Shown here: positions 1-9,150 of the stretch, one piece after another
Layout: every line of letters begins with the position of its first letter
How positions within the stretch are numbered: position 1 is the stretch's first letter
Assembly: GCA_031285625.1 (NCBI GenBank)
Contig: JAITVV010000061.1
Coordinates: forward strand, 1 to 13,661
Length of the DNA stretch: 13,661 nt
Direction of reading: 5' to 3'
Source: Prevotella sp.
GTDB lineage: Bacteria > Bacteroidota > Bacteroidia > Bacteroidales > Dysgonomonadaceae
Position numbers and translations under genes: made by a program
Notes under the pieces: model-generated
Told to the model about the DNA's origin: nothing
Database searches by the model: none
What the model saw: the letters and a program-made list of their open reading frames with translations, nothing else

Positions 1-107
<107 letters not shown>

Positions 108-117
108 TTTAAAGAAG

Positions 118-161
118 AGACTCATCAAAATAGTTGAAAAACTATAGATGAGTCTTTTTTT
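118..161 (+). terminator. Intrinsic terminator of the rRNA operon
   Basis: Outer stem AGACTCATC (118-126)/GATGAGTCT (147-155), inner stem ATAGTT-GAAA-AACTAT, followed by a T tract. Confidence 0.85.
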
Positions 162-197
162 GTTATTACTAAAATATACAATAGAAAATTAGCACAA

Positions 198-986
198 ATG
201 AAAATTATAGATATAGGAGTCAACCTGATGCATCGTTCTTTCAATTCAGATAGAGAAAGTGTAATTAGTGATGCCCGTTTTGAAGGTGTTTCACCTTTGA
301 TAATCACAGGAACAAGTGAACATAGTAGTATAGAGGCTGCCCGATATGCTTCAAAGTATCCCGGTTTATTGTATAGTACGGCTGGTGTTCACCCCCATGA
401 TGCGAAGTCATGTAATCATAAGACTATTGAGAATTTAAAAAGATTAGCTGCCGAAGATCACGTAGTTGCAATAGGTGAATGTGGATTAGATTATAATAGG
501 GATTTTTCACCTCGAGATGTACAGCGAAAATGGTTTGAAGCTCAAATAGATTTAGCTGTGGAAATGAACCTCCCTTTATTTTTGCATGAGCGAGATGCCT
601 TTTCTGATTTTATTTCTATCCTTAAGAATCGAAGAAAGGATGTTTCTAATGCAGTTGTACACTGCTTTACAGGATCAGAAGAAGAGTTAGATAAATATCT
701 TGAGCTAGACTGTCATATTGGAATCACAGGTTGGATATGTGATGAGCGACGTGGAAAGCATCTTATAAAATTAATAAAGAAAATTCCATCAAACAGATTA
801 ATGATTGAAACTGACGCTCCTTTTCTGACACCCCGCAATATGTTAGAAAAACCTGGAGATGGAAGAAACGAACCTAAATACTTGGTTCATATTCTGGATG
901 AAATAGCATACTACTTAGGCAAAGATGCTGAAGATCTGGCTGACGAAACATATATTACAACTTGTAGATTCTTTGGTATTCGATGA
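198..986 (+). CDS. tatD: TatD-family metal-dependent 3'-5' exonuclease/DNase
   Basis: 262 aa; motifs DIGVN, TAGVHPH, AIGECGLDYNRDFS, LFLHERDA, VVHCFTG, GITGWICDERRG, ETDAP, RNEP. Confidence 0.95.
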   Translation: MKIIDIGVNLMHRSFNSDRESVISDARFEGVSPLIITGTSEHSSIEAARYASKYPGLLYSTAGVHPHDAKSCNHKTIENLKRLAAEDHVVAIGECGLDYNRDFSPRDVQRKWFEAQIDLAVEMNLPLFLHERDAFSDFISILKNRRKDVSNAVVHCFTGSEEELDKYLELDCHIGITGWICDERRGKHLIKLIKKIPSNRLMIETDAPFLTPRNMLEKPGDGRNEPKYLVHILDEIAYYLGKDAEDLADETYITTCRFFGIR

Positions 987-1078
987 GTTATTATTTTATA
1001 AATGTGAAAATTTAATCAAAATTACCTCTTTCGGTTTGTTTCGTTCATATACAAAAGGAGCATTTATACAAAAAAATG

Positions 1079-1086
1079 TATCTTTG
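1079..1086 (+). promoter_or_regulatory. Bacteroidota sigma-A -7 element upstream of mlaE
   Basis: TATCTTTG matches TAnnTTTG about 30 nt before the ATG; no clear -33 TTTG. Confidence 0.55.
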
Positions 1087-1117
1087 CCTTAATTATGAAT
1101 TTTTGAAAAAATAAAAT

Positions 1118-1867
1118 ATGTTTGTAATATCCCTTTTAGATAAACTAGGGCGGTACGCACTTCTCATGCAAAAGGTTTTCTCTAAACCACAAAAATGGAA
1201 TGTATTTCTCCGCCAATATCTTAGCGAAATCAGCAAATTAGGAGTAAATTCTATTTGGATAGTTATCATTATTTCATTTTTTATTGGAGCTGTTATAGTT
1301 GTACAAATCAAATTAAATATTGATTCACCTTTTATGCCTCGTTATACAGTAGGTTATGTTTCGCGTGAGATTCTGATATTAGAATTTTCATCAACCATTA
1401 TGTGTCTTATTCTGGCCGGAAAAGTCGGCTCTAATATAGCCTCGGAAATCGGAACAATGCAAGTAACAGAACAAATTGATGCTCTTGAAATAATGGGTGT
1501 AAACTCTGCTAATTATATAATTCTTCCAAAGGTAATAGCATTAATGAGCTTTGTCCCTGTTCTGGTGATTCTCAGTATGTTTTTTGGTGTTATCGGAGGA
1601 TTTATTGTATGTATTATAGGCCAGGTTATGCCTGCAGATACCTTCCAATATGGGCTTCAATTCTATTTCAAAGAATTTTATGTATGGTATGCAATTATTA
1701 AAACAATAGTTTTTGCTTTTATTATGTCTACTGTCGCCTCTTTTTACGGATATTCTGCCAGAGGGGGATCACTGGATGTAGGTAAAGCAAGTACAGACTC
1801 AGTGGTAATGAGTAGTATTTTAATCCTTATAGCAGACTTATTGCTCACTCAATTAATGATGTCATGA
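1118..1867 (+). CDS. mlaE: MlaE-family (MCE system) ABC transporter permease
   Basis: 249 aa, several hydrophobic segments, signature AGKVGSNIASEIGTMQVTEQIDALEIMG and GGSLDVGKASTDSVV; ATGA overlap with the next gene. Confidence 0.92.
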   Translation: MFVISLLDKLGRYALLMQKVFSKPQKWNVFLRQYLSEISKLGVNSIWIVIIISFFIGAVIVVQIKLNIDSPFMPRYTVGYVSREILILEFSSTIMCLILAGKVGSNIASEIGTMQVTEQIDALEIMGVNSANYIILPKVIALMSFVPVLVILSMFFGVIGGFIVCIIGQVMPADTFQYGLQFYFKEFYVWYAIIKTIVFAFIMSTVASFYGYSARGGSLDVGKASTDSVVMSSILILIADLLLTQLMMS

Positions 1868-2637
1868 TAGAAGTTAAGAATTTATATAAATCATTTGATG
1901 AGAAAGAGGTTCTGAAGGATATTAATATTGTTTTTGAAGCCGGAAAGACAAATCTTATAATTGGACGTAGTGGCTCCGGTAAAACAGTACTTTTAAAGAA
2001 TCTGGTAGGCCTGATGCGCCCGACAAGTGGAGAAATACTATACGATGGACGTGATCTTACCAAAATGAAGTCTGGTGAAGTGAAAGATCTTCGTCAGGAA
2101 ATGGGGATGATATTTCAGGGATCAGCCTTGTTTGACTCTATGACTGTGTTTGAGAATGTTAAATTTCCATTGATGATGTTTTCTAAAATGACAAAGGCAG
2201 AGCAGGATAAACGTACTCAATTTTGTCTTGAGAGAGTAAAACTTGGAGATGCAGGAAGCCTATATCCTTCAGAAATAAGCGGTGGGATGATGAAGCGTTC
2301 GGCCATTGCACGAGCCATCGCTCTTAATCCTAAATATCTTTTCTGTGATGAACCTAATTCAGGTCTTGATCCTCAAACATCTTTGGTTATAGATGAACTT
2401 ATACATGATATTACTAAAGAATACAACATTACTACAGTTATCAACACACATGACATGAACTCTGTAATGGGAATCGGAGAGCGAATAAGTTTTATCAAAG
2501 AAGGAGAGGTTGAATGGCAAGGTTCCAGTCAGGATGTGATGTCGTCCACTAACGAATCTTTTAATGACTTTGTTTTTGCTTCAGATTTATTTAAAAAGGT
2601 AAAAACTGCTGAAAATGAAGGTATAAAGCTTACCTGA
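1864..2637 (+). CDS. mlaF: MlaF-like ABC transporter ATP-binding protein
   Basis: Walker A GRSGSGKT, FQGSALFDS Q-loop, ISGGM signature, Walker B LFCDEPNSGLDP, H-loop NTHD; coupled to mlaE. Confidence 0.9.
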   Translation: MIEVKNLYKSFDEKEVLKDINIVFEAGKTNLIIGRSGSGKTVLLKNLVGLMRPTSGEILYDGRDLTKMKSGEVKDLRQEMGMIFQGSALFDSMTVFENVKFPLMMFSKMTKAEQDKRTQFCLERVKLGDAGSLYPSEISGGMMKRSAIARAIALNPKYLFCDEPNSGLDPQTSLVIDELIHDITKEYNITTVINTHDMNSVMGIGERISFIKEGEVEWQGSSQDVMSSTNESFNDFVFASDLFKKVKTAENEGIKLT

Positions 2638-2665
2638 TAATAATAATTCCATATAACTAATTAAC

Positions 2666-3430
2666 ATGAAAATAATATCATATAATGTTAACGGCATACG
2701 TGCGGCAGTTAACAAAGGGCTTTACCAGTGGCTCGAAAAAGAATCTCCCGATATTCTTTGTTTGCAGGAGATAAAAGCATCAGAAGATCAGATAGACCTT
2801 ATTACAATTCAGTCTCTTGATTATCATTATTATTTTCATTCCGCCGAAAAAAAAGGATATAGTGGAGTTGGTATACTCACCAAGCGAAAACCCGATTTAG
2901 TTAAAGTTGGTATGGGGATTTCCGACTATGACAGGGAAGGACGGGTTCTTCGGGCTGATTATGGCGATATGACTGTTATTTGTGTATACATTCCATCAGG
3001 AACGATGGGGGATATAAGACAGGTTATAAAGATGAAATTTCTAGCTGATTTCACAAAATTTATAAATGAATTACGTAAAGAAAGGCCGCAGATATTGATC
3101 TGTGGAGATTATAATATTTGTCATAAACCGATTGATATAAATCATCCTGAACGCCATCAAAAAAGTTCAGGATTCTTACCGGAAGAACGTCAGTGGTTCG
3201 ATGAGTTTATAGATACCGGGTTAATAGATACATTCCGGGTATATGACCAGAGTCCGGAAAAATATAGTTGGTGGAGCTATAGAGCGGGTGCCAGAGGTAA
3301 AAACCTTGGCTGGCGTATCGACTATCATGTCATTTCTGAAGCAGCTAAACCTCGTTTAAATGCAGCCTCTATATTGAGTGAGATAGATTTTTCGGATCAC
3401 TGCCCGGTTGTAGTGGAGATGGATTTTTGA
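2666..3430 (+). CDS. xth: Exodeoxyribonuclease III / AP endonuclease
   Basis: Motifs [42 protein letters not shown]. Confidence 0.96.
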   Translation: MKIISYNVNGIRAAVNKGLYQWLEKESPDILCLQEIKASEDQIDLITIQSLDYHYYFHSAEKKGYSGVGILTKRKPDLVKVGMGISDYDREGRVLRADYGDMTVICVYIPSGTMGDIRQVIKMKFLADFTKFINELRKERPQILICGDYNICHKPIDINHPERHQKSSGFLPEERQWFDEFIDTGLIDTFRVYDQSPEKYSWWSYRAGARGKNLGWRIDYHVISEAAKPRLNAASILSEIDFSDHCPVVVEMDF

Positions 3431-3443
3431 TCTAACCATAATT

Positions 3444-3757
3444 ATGGAAGCAGATTCGAAAAACAATAAAACAGATAAGAATAAGCAAAGTGAGAATACA
3501 TCTTCTCAATCTGGTAGAATTAGTGATATTCTGGATATTATTCCTGTAATAGATATAAGAATAAAGCCATCTACAGATACTTTCGATACAAATGAGAATG
3601 GTGTTTTGATGGTATATCTGATACACTTTCTACATTAAAAGATTCTATAGCTGAGAATTCTGGAGAACTGTTAGAGAATACAGTCAAAATAGCAGGTGAT
3701 GTTGCCGGAGGTATAGTTGATGTCGTTGGTGATGCTATAAGTAATATAGACTTGTAA
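3444..3757 (+). pseudogene. Small acidic hypothetical protein split by an apparent 1-nt frameshift (64 aa as given, 104 aa if repaired)
   Basis: ORF 3444-3638 stops early. A second frame with no ATG, open from 3596 to TAA 3755-3757, reads FDGISDTLSTLKDSIAENSGELLENTVKIAGDVAGGIVDVVGDAISNIDL. Adding one T to the T4 run at 3604-3607 joins the two frames. Confidence 0.65.
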
Positions 3758-3869
3758 TTCCTCTTTTTTATATTTGGTATATCTTAGCAAGCTTCTATAC
3801 GATGAAATGAATTATGTCCTATTATAATAGATAAATTAAGAACCGTTGATATAGATTTAATAAATAACT

Positions 3870-3903
3870 AATAGCTTGTCATAAACAAGCTATTTTCTTT
3901 TTT
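3870..3903 (+). terminator. Intrinsic terminator ending the mlaEF-xth-ORF unit
   Basis: Perfect 10-bp stem AATAGCTTGT (3870-3879)/ACAAGCTATT (3885-3894), 5-nt loop, T-rich tail. Confidence 0.75.
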
Positions 3904-3909
3904 ATTTAC

Positions 3910-3917
3910 TATTTTTG
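3910..3917 (+). promoter_or_regulatory. Candidate -7 promoter element for sufCDS
   Basis: TATTTTTG matches TAnnTTTG just after the terminator, about 100 nt before sufC. Confidence 0.45.
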
Positions 3918-4014
3918 TGTTCGAAAGTCTTTTTGACTTGAACATATAGCTTTCCTTAGTGTTAAAAGAATAGTTAAATGCTAAGGATTTTAATTCAAAC
4001 AATATAAAATAATA

Positions 4015-4776
4015 ATGGCAAACTTATTAAACATAAAAAATTTACATGCCAATGTTGAAGGCAAGGAAATACTGAAAGGACTGGATCTTGAAGTAAATGA
4101 GGGAGAGATTCATGCTATAATGGGCCCTAATGGTGCCGGAAAGAGCACATTAGCTTCAGTATTGGTAGGTAATCCTAACTTTGAAGTAACAGAGGGAGAA
4201 GTAATATTCAGAGGACATGATTTATTGGATATGGATCCGGAAGACAGGGCAAGAGAAGGACTTTTCCTTAGTTTTCAGTATCCTGTAGAAATTCCGGGAG
4301 TAAGCATGACTAACTTTATGCGTGCTTCATTAAATGAAATCCGCAAACATAATGGTGAAGAACCCATATCAGCATCAGATTTTCTGAAAATGATGCGCGA
4401 AAAAAGGGAACTGGTAGAACTAGATAAAGACCTTGCGGGTCGTTCTGTTAATGAAGGTTTTTCGGGAGGAGAGAAAAAACGTAACGAAATATTCCAGATG
4501 GCTATGCTTGAACCTAAAATGGCTATTCTTGACGAAACGGACTCGGGGCTGGATATAGATGCATTACGCATTGTCGCTTCCGGTGTAAATAAGCTTCGTA
4601 AGAAAGATAATGCTACAGTGGTTATTACACACTACCAGCGTTTGTTAGATTACATCAAGCCGGACTTTGTACATGTATTATACAAAGGACGTATTGTGAA
4701 AAGCGCAGGGCCGGAATTAGCTCTGGAGCTTGAAGAAAAAGGTTACGATTGGATTACTAAAGAATTTCAGGAATGA
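4015..4776 (+). CDS. sufC: Fe-S cluster assembly ATPase SufC
   Basis: GEIHAIMGPNGAGKSTL, FLSFQYPVEIPGV, RSVNEGFSGGEKKRNEI, ILDETDSGLDIDAL, ITHYQRLLDYI. Confidence 0.97.
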   Translation: MANLLNIKNLHANVEGKEILKGLDLEVNEGEIHAIMGPNGAGKSTLASVLVGNPNFEVTEGEVIFRGHDLLDMDPEDRAREGLFLSFQYPVEIPGVSMTNFMRASLNEIRKHNGEEPISASDFLKMMREKRELVELDKDLAGRSVNEGFSGGEKKRNEIFQMAMLEPKMAILDETDSGLDIDALRIVASGVNKLRKKDNATVVITHYQRLLDYIKPDFVHVLYKGRIVKSAGPELALELEEKGYDWITKEFQE

Positions 4777-6113
4777 TAGAAACTCAATATATAGATATAT
4801 TCAACCAGTATAGAGACAAGCTTGATGCCAAATCTTTTTCCGGGATGAATAATCTTCGCGATAGCGCATTCGGTGCATTTAAAGAACAAGGCTTTCCTAC
4901 TAAGAAACTTGAAGATTACCTCTACTTAGATGTTGCTGCCGAATTTTTACCCGATTTTGCTCTTAATATAAACAGGGTTCCTTTTCAGGGAAATCCCTAT
5001 GTTGCATTCAGGTGTGAGATACCAAATTTAACTACAAATTTGTATTTTGTACTGAATGATATATTTCATGAAGAGCATCAGCCGCACGTTAATTATCCTG
5101 CAGGAGTATTTGTTGGTAGTTTTAAGCAATTTTTTGAACAGAAGCCGGAAATATTTTCTAAGTATTACGGACAGATAGCAGATGTAAATAATAATGGTAT
5201 TGTGGCTTTCAATACAATGTTTGCTCAGGATGGCTTTGTGGTGTATGTACCTAAAGGTGTGATTGTAGAAAAACCAATACAGCTGATTAATATACTAAAG
5301 AGTGAGTTCAATTATTTGGTTAACAGACGCATTTTGATTATCGCTGAAGACGATGCACAGGTAAAATTACTTTTGTGTGACCATACAGTGGATGAATCTC
5401 AATTTTTGGCGACTCAGGTAACTGAAATCTTTGCCGGTAAAAATGCAATTGTAGATTATTATGATCTGGAGGAAAACTCAGATAAAGTAACACGTCTGAC
5501 AAATACTTTCGTTCATCAGCTGGAGGCATCAAATGTATTAGTGAATAATTTGACACTAAATACAGGTGTAAGCCGTAATAATTATAATGTAAAATTGAAT
5601 GGTGAGCATGCAGAAACTTATGTCTGCGGGATGGTTATTGCAGACAGACATCAATATGTAGACAATTTTGCATTTCTGGATCATGCTGTTCCTCATTGCA
5701 CCAGTACTCAGTTATTTAAGTATGTGTTGCAGGATGAAGCAAAAGGATCTTTTTGTGGCCGTATCCGTGTAGAAAAAGATGCACAGAAGACAATGGCATA
5801 CCAGTCTAACAATAACTTGTGTATTTCGCCTAATGCACACATGTATTCTAAGCCACAACTTGAAATATATGCTGATGATGTGAAATGTTCTCATGGTCTC
5901 ACTACCGGACAATTGGATGAAGATGCATTATTTTATCTTCGTTCGCGCGGAATCTCGAAAGAGGCTGCCCGGTTGATGCTTATGCAGGCATTTGCTGCCG
6001 GAGTTTTAGAACATGTACGTATCGACAGGCTGAGAGACAGACTTATAGATCTTATTGAAAAGAGGTTTAAAGGAGAGTCTGCCCGCTGTGGTAATTGTAC
6101 AGTATGTAAATAA
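4773..6113 (+). CDS. sufD: Fe-S cluster assembly protein SufD
   Basis: 446 aa SufBD-type protein with KPQLEIYADDVKCSHG and ALFYLRSRGI; ATGA overlap with sufC; C-terminal CxxCxxC. Confidence 0.95.
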   Translation: MIETQYIDIFNQYRDKLDAKSFSGMNNLRDSAFGAFKEQGFPTKKLEDYLYLDVAAEFLPDFALNINRVPFQGNPYVAFRCEIPNLTTNLYFVLNDIFHEEHQPHVNYPAGVFVGSFKQFFEQKPEIFSKYYGQIADVNNNGIVAFNTMFAQDGFVVYVPKGVIVEKPIQLINILKSEFNYLVNRRILIIAEDDAQVKLLLCDHTVDESQFLATQVTEIFAGKNAIVDYYDLEENSDKVTRLTNTFVHQLEASNVLVNNLTLNTGVSRNNYNVKLNGEHAETYVCGMVIADRHQYVDNFAFLDHAVPHCTSTQLFKYVLQDEAKGSFCGRIRVEKDAQKTMAYQSNNNLCISPNAHMYSKPQLEIYADDVKCSHGLTTGQLDEDALFYLRSRGISKEAARLMLMQAFAAGVLEHVRIDRLRDRLIDLIEKRFKGESARCGNCTVCK

Positions 6114-6118
6114 ATACA

Positions 6119-7333
6119 ATGGATATAGAAAAAATAAGAGCCGATTTCCCTATTCTTTCTACTACCGTTTATGGCAAACCCCTTATCTATTTAGATAACG
6201 GAGCTACCACACAAAAGCCTAAATGTGTAGTTGAAGAAATAGAAAAAATATATTACACCACGAATGCTAATGTGCATCGTGGTGTACATTATTTAAGCCA
6301 GCAGGCAACAGACCTGGCTGAAGAATCCCGTGTTGTAGTACAGCAATTTATTAATGCAGAGCATAGTAAAGAGATTATTTTTACGAAAGGTACTACCGAA
6401 TCTATTAACCTTGTTGCCCATAGTTTTTGCCAGCAGTTCTGTGTTGAAGGAGATGAAATAATCATCTCGGCGATGGAACATCATGCAAATATTGTTTCAT
6501 GGCAATTGCAGGAAGCCATACGGGGTATAAAGCTAAGAGTTATCCCGATTAATGAAAAAGGCGAACTGAAACTGGATGAACTGCAAAAACTCATTTCATC
6601 TAAAACCCGTTTGATTTCGGTAATGCATATATCCAATGTATTGGGTACTGTAAATCCGATAGAAAAAATTATTGAGATAGCCCATGCCCATAGCATTCCT
6701 GTATTGATAGACGCAGCGCAATCTGTGCAACATATGACAATTGATGTTCAGAAACTTGATTGTGACTTCCTTGTATTCTCCGGACATAAGGTTTATGGGC
6801 CGAATGGGGTGGGAGTACTTTATGGGAAAGAAAAATGGCTGAACCAGATGCCACCCTATCAGGGAGGCGGGGAAATGATCAGTACAGTTTCATTTAAAGG
6901 TACTACATTCAATGAGTTACCTTTCAAATTTGAGGCCGGTACACCTAACTATCCGGATGTGATAGCATTGGGTACTGCAATAAAATACATAAAAAATATT
7001 GGCCTCGACTCAATAAAAGCATATGAAGATCAGTTATTAGAATATTGTACTGATGAATTGTTAAGAATAAAAGACATTCGTATATTTGGAACTTCAGACA
7101 AGAAAAGCAGCGTTATATCGTTTCTTGTAGGTAATATCCATCATTATGATATGGGGATGCTTTTAGATAAAATGGGGATAGCTGTACGTACCGGACATCA
7201 TTGTGCTCAGCCACTTATGGAGGAATTAGGGATAGAAGGAACAGTGCGAATTTCATTAGCATTCTACAATACTAAGGAAGAGATAGACCAACTTGTAGCT
7301 GGTATTAAGCGGGTGGCTTCTATGTTTGGTTGA
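6119..7333 (+). CDS. sufS: SufS-type (group II) PLP-dependent cysteine desulfurase
   Basis: YLDNGATTQKP, ANVHRG, MEHHANIV, FSGHK (PLP lysine), FEAGTP, RTGHHCA (group II catalytic Cys). Confidence 0.96.
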   Translation: MDIEKIRADFPILSTTVYGKPLIYLDNGATTQKPKCVVEEIEKIYYTTNANVHRGVHYLSQQATDLAEESRVVVQQFINAEHSKEIIFTKGTTESINLVAHSFCQQFCVEGDEIIISAMEHHANIVSWQLQEAIRGIKLRVIPINEKGELKLDELQKLISSKTRLISVMHISNVLGTVNPIEKIIEIAHAHSIPVLIDAAQSVQHMTIDVQKLDCDFLVFSGHKVYGPNGVGVLYGKEKWLNQMPPYQGGGEMISTVSFKGTTFNELPFKFEAGTPNYPDVIALGTAIKYIKNIGLDSIKAYEDQLLEYCTDELLRIKDIRIFGTSDKKSSVISFLVGNIHHYDMGMLLDKMGIAVRTGHHCAQPLMEELGIEGTVRISLAFYNTKEEIDQLVAGIKRVASMFG

Positions 7334-7396
7334 GCATGGAGAATCTCAAAAAAACATAATTGTAAAAGTTTATTTTCAAAATATAAAAGCTTTGTG

Positions 7397-7404
7397 TAAA
7401 TTTG
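7397..7404 (+). promoter_or_regulatory. -7 promoter element upstream of bamD
   Basis: TAAATTTG(CA) matches TAnnTTTG, 20 nt before the ATG. Confidence 0.6.
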
Positions 7405-7424
7405 CAAACTAATTTTAGAGTAGG

Positions 7425-8279
7425 ATGAAGATCAGAATTCTGTGTACGTTATTATTAGCAGTGTTGCTTGCATCGTGTGGCGAATATAATAAGATATTAA
7501 AAAGCCGTGATGCCGAATTAAAGTATACATATGCTAAAAAATACTTCGAAGAGAAAAAATATGGAAGAACAATAACGTTATTAGATGAGATCTTGTCTAC
7601 TTATACAGGTTCCTCCAAAGAAGAGGAAATCTTGTATCTGCTGGCTCAGGCTTACTTCTATGACAAAGATTATACTACTGCAACCCAGTATTACACAAGA
7701 TATTATAATAAATTCCCTAAAGGAGAATATACGGAATTAGCCCGTTTTAATTCTGCATATGGGCTATATCTTGATTCGCCTGATGCCCGGCTCGATCAGA
7801 ACAGTACAATCAGGGGAATACAAGAGTTTCAGAATTTCCTCGAATATTTCCCTCAAAGTGAAAAAGCACCGGAAGCTCAGGATTTGATGTTTAAATTGCA
7901 GGAAAAGTTGGCATATAAACAATTCCTGGCTGCACGTCTTTACTACAATCTGGGACTCTATAATAGGGAAAACTATTATGAATCATGTGTCGTAACGGCA
8001 CGTGAGGCTCTGAAGAATTATCCCTTCTCCGAATTTGCCGAAGAATTTCAGATCCTGATAGTAAGATCGAGATATGAGCAGGCGGTATATAGTGTAGATG
8101 AAAAGAAACCTGTGCGTTACCGCGATGTAATGGATGAGCATTTCAATTATAAGAATATGTTTCCGAGTGGTAAATATACTAAAGAGACAGAGCGTTATTA
8201 CCGCTCAGCATTGAAGGCTCTGGGCCAAGAGATTGATGATGCGACAAATGAAGCAGTACAACAGGAATTACAAAAATAA
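7425..8279 (+). CDS. bamD: Outer membrane protein assembly factor BamD (TPR lipoprotein)
   Basis: Lipobox LASC, Tyr/Ala-rich TPR-like helices, SPDARLDQ and FLEYFPQS motifs; position before rpoZ is the usual Bacteroidota arrangement. Confidence 0.9.
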   Translation: MKIRILCTLLLAVLLASCGEYNKILKSRDAELKYTYAKKYFEEKKYGRTITLLDEILSTYTGSSKEEEILYLLAQAYFYDKDYTTATQYYTRYYNKFPKGEYTELARFNSAYGLYLDSPDARLDQNSTIRGIQEFQNFLEYFPQSEKAPEAQDLMFKLQEKLAYKQFLAARLYYNLGLYNRENYYESCVVTAREALKNYPFSEFAEEFQILIVRSRYEQAVYSVDEKKPVRYRDVMDEHFNYKNMFPSGKYTKETERYYRSALKALGQEIDDATNEAVQQELQK

Positions 8280-8313
8280 AATAGAAGATTCAATATAATT
8301 ATTTAAGAACAAT

Positions 8314-8646
8314 ATGGATTATAGAAAAACCAATGCAGCAAGCAACACAGTTACCCGTGATATGATGTCTTTGTCGGAAGACACTGGTAATGTATATGAA
8401 ACTGTGAGAATAATTTCGAAACGTTCTAATCAGATTGCTGTAGAAATGAAACAGGATCTTGATAAAAAACTACAAGAGTTTGCTTCATATAATGATAACC
8501 TGGAAGAAGTTTTCGAGAACAGGGAGCAAATCGAAATTTCCCGTTATTATGAAAAACTTCCGAAGCCTACCCTGATTGCGGCACAGGAATATACAGAAGG
8601 TAAACTTTACTACAGAAACCCGAATAAAGATAAAGACAATTTCTAA
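8314..8646 (+). CDS. rpoZ: RNA polymerase omega subunit (Bacteroidota type)
   Basis: TGNVYETVRIISKRSNQI and EEVFENREQIEISRYYEKLPKPT, typical of Bacteroidota omega. Confidence 0.9.
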   Translation: MDYRKTNAASNTVTRDMMSLSEDTGNVYETVRIISKRSNQIAVEMKQDLDKKLQEFASYNDNLEEVFENREQIEISRYYEKLPKPTLIAAQEYTEGKLYYRNPNKDKDNF

Positions 8647-8672
8647 GCTTTCGGATCTATTACTAAATAAGA

Positions 8673-9128
8673 ATGATACAACGTATACAGACTATATTCC
8701 TGCTCCTTACAGCAATATTAATGGGTGTAACTACATTTAGCCCGTTAATGGTATTAAATGGAGGGGATAAGCTTTTATATTCTTTCTTTCCTTTTGGAAT
8801 AGGACAATTATTTAATGCACAATATCCTACATGGGGAGTTATTTTCTTTTCCGGATTAAGTGCTTTGGTTTCGCTGATCAATATATTTTTATATAAAAAA
8901 CGTAAGGTGCAGATGAAGGTAGGTACACTGACTTCATTGCTTATCCTGTTCTTTTATGTAACATTATATGTTTATTTTAATGCTTATACATCTAAATATG
9001 GATTGGCATTTGAAGGAATACAATATGGTCTTATTCTACCTGTAATTGCCCTTATATTTAATGTATTGGCTATATTGAGGATTAAAAAAGACGAGAAGCT
9101 TGTGAAATCATTAGACCGTATACGATAA
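8673..9128 (+). CDS. Four-TM membrane protein, DUF4293-like
   Basis: N-terminal MIQRIQTIFL, internal IFLYKKRKVQ, C-terminal IKKDEKLVKSLDRIR; four hydrophobic stretches. Confidence 0.85.
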   Translation: MIQRIQTIFLLLTAILMGVTTFSPLMVLNGGDKLLYSFFPFGIGQLFNAQYPTWGVIFFSGLSALVSLINIFLYKKRKVQMKVGTLTSLLILFFYVTLYVYFNAYTSKYGLAFEGIQYGLILPVIALIFNVLAILRIKKDEKLVKSLDRIR

Positions 9129-9150
9129 CTAAAATAAGGTATAATATAAG

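Noticed and set aside
1048-1073. TATACAAAA direct repeat upstream of mlaE
   Set aside because: Short, low-complexity and AT-rich, so expected by chance.
198-3430. TatD plus ATPase plus nuclease as an anti-phage system (QatABCD-like)
   Set aside because: The ATPase is a transporter-type MlaF coupled to MlaE, xth is a standard repair enzyme, and there is no QueC-like or KAP-type NTPase gene.
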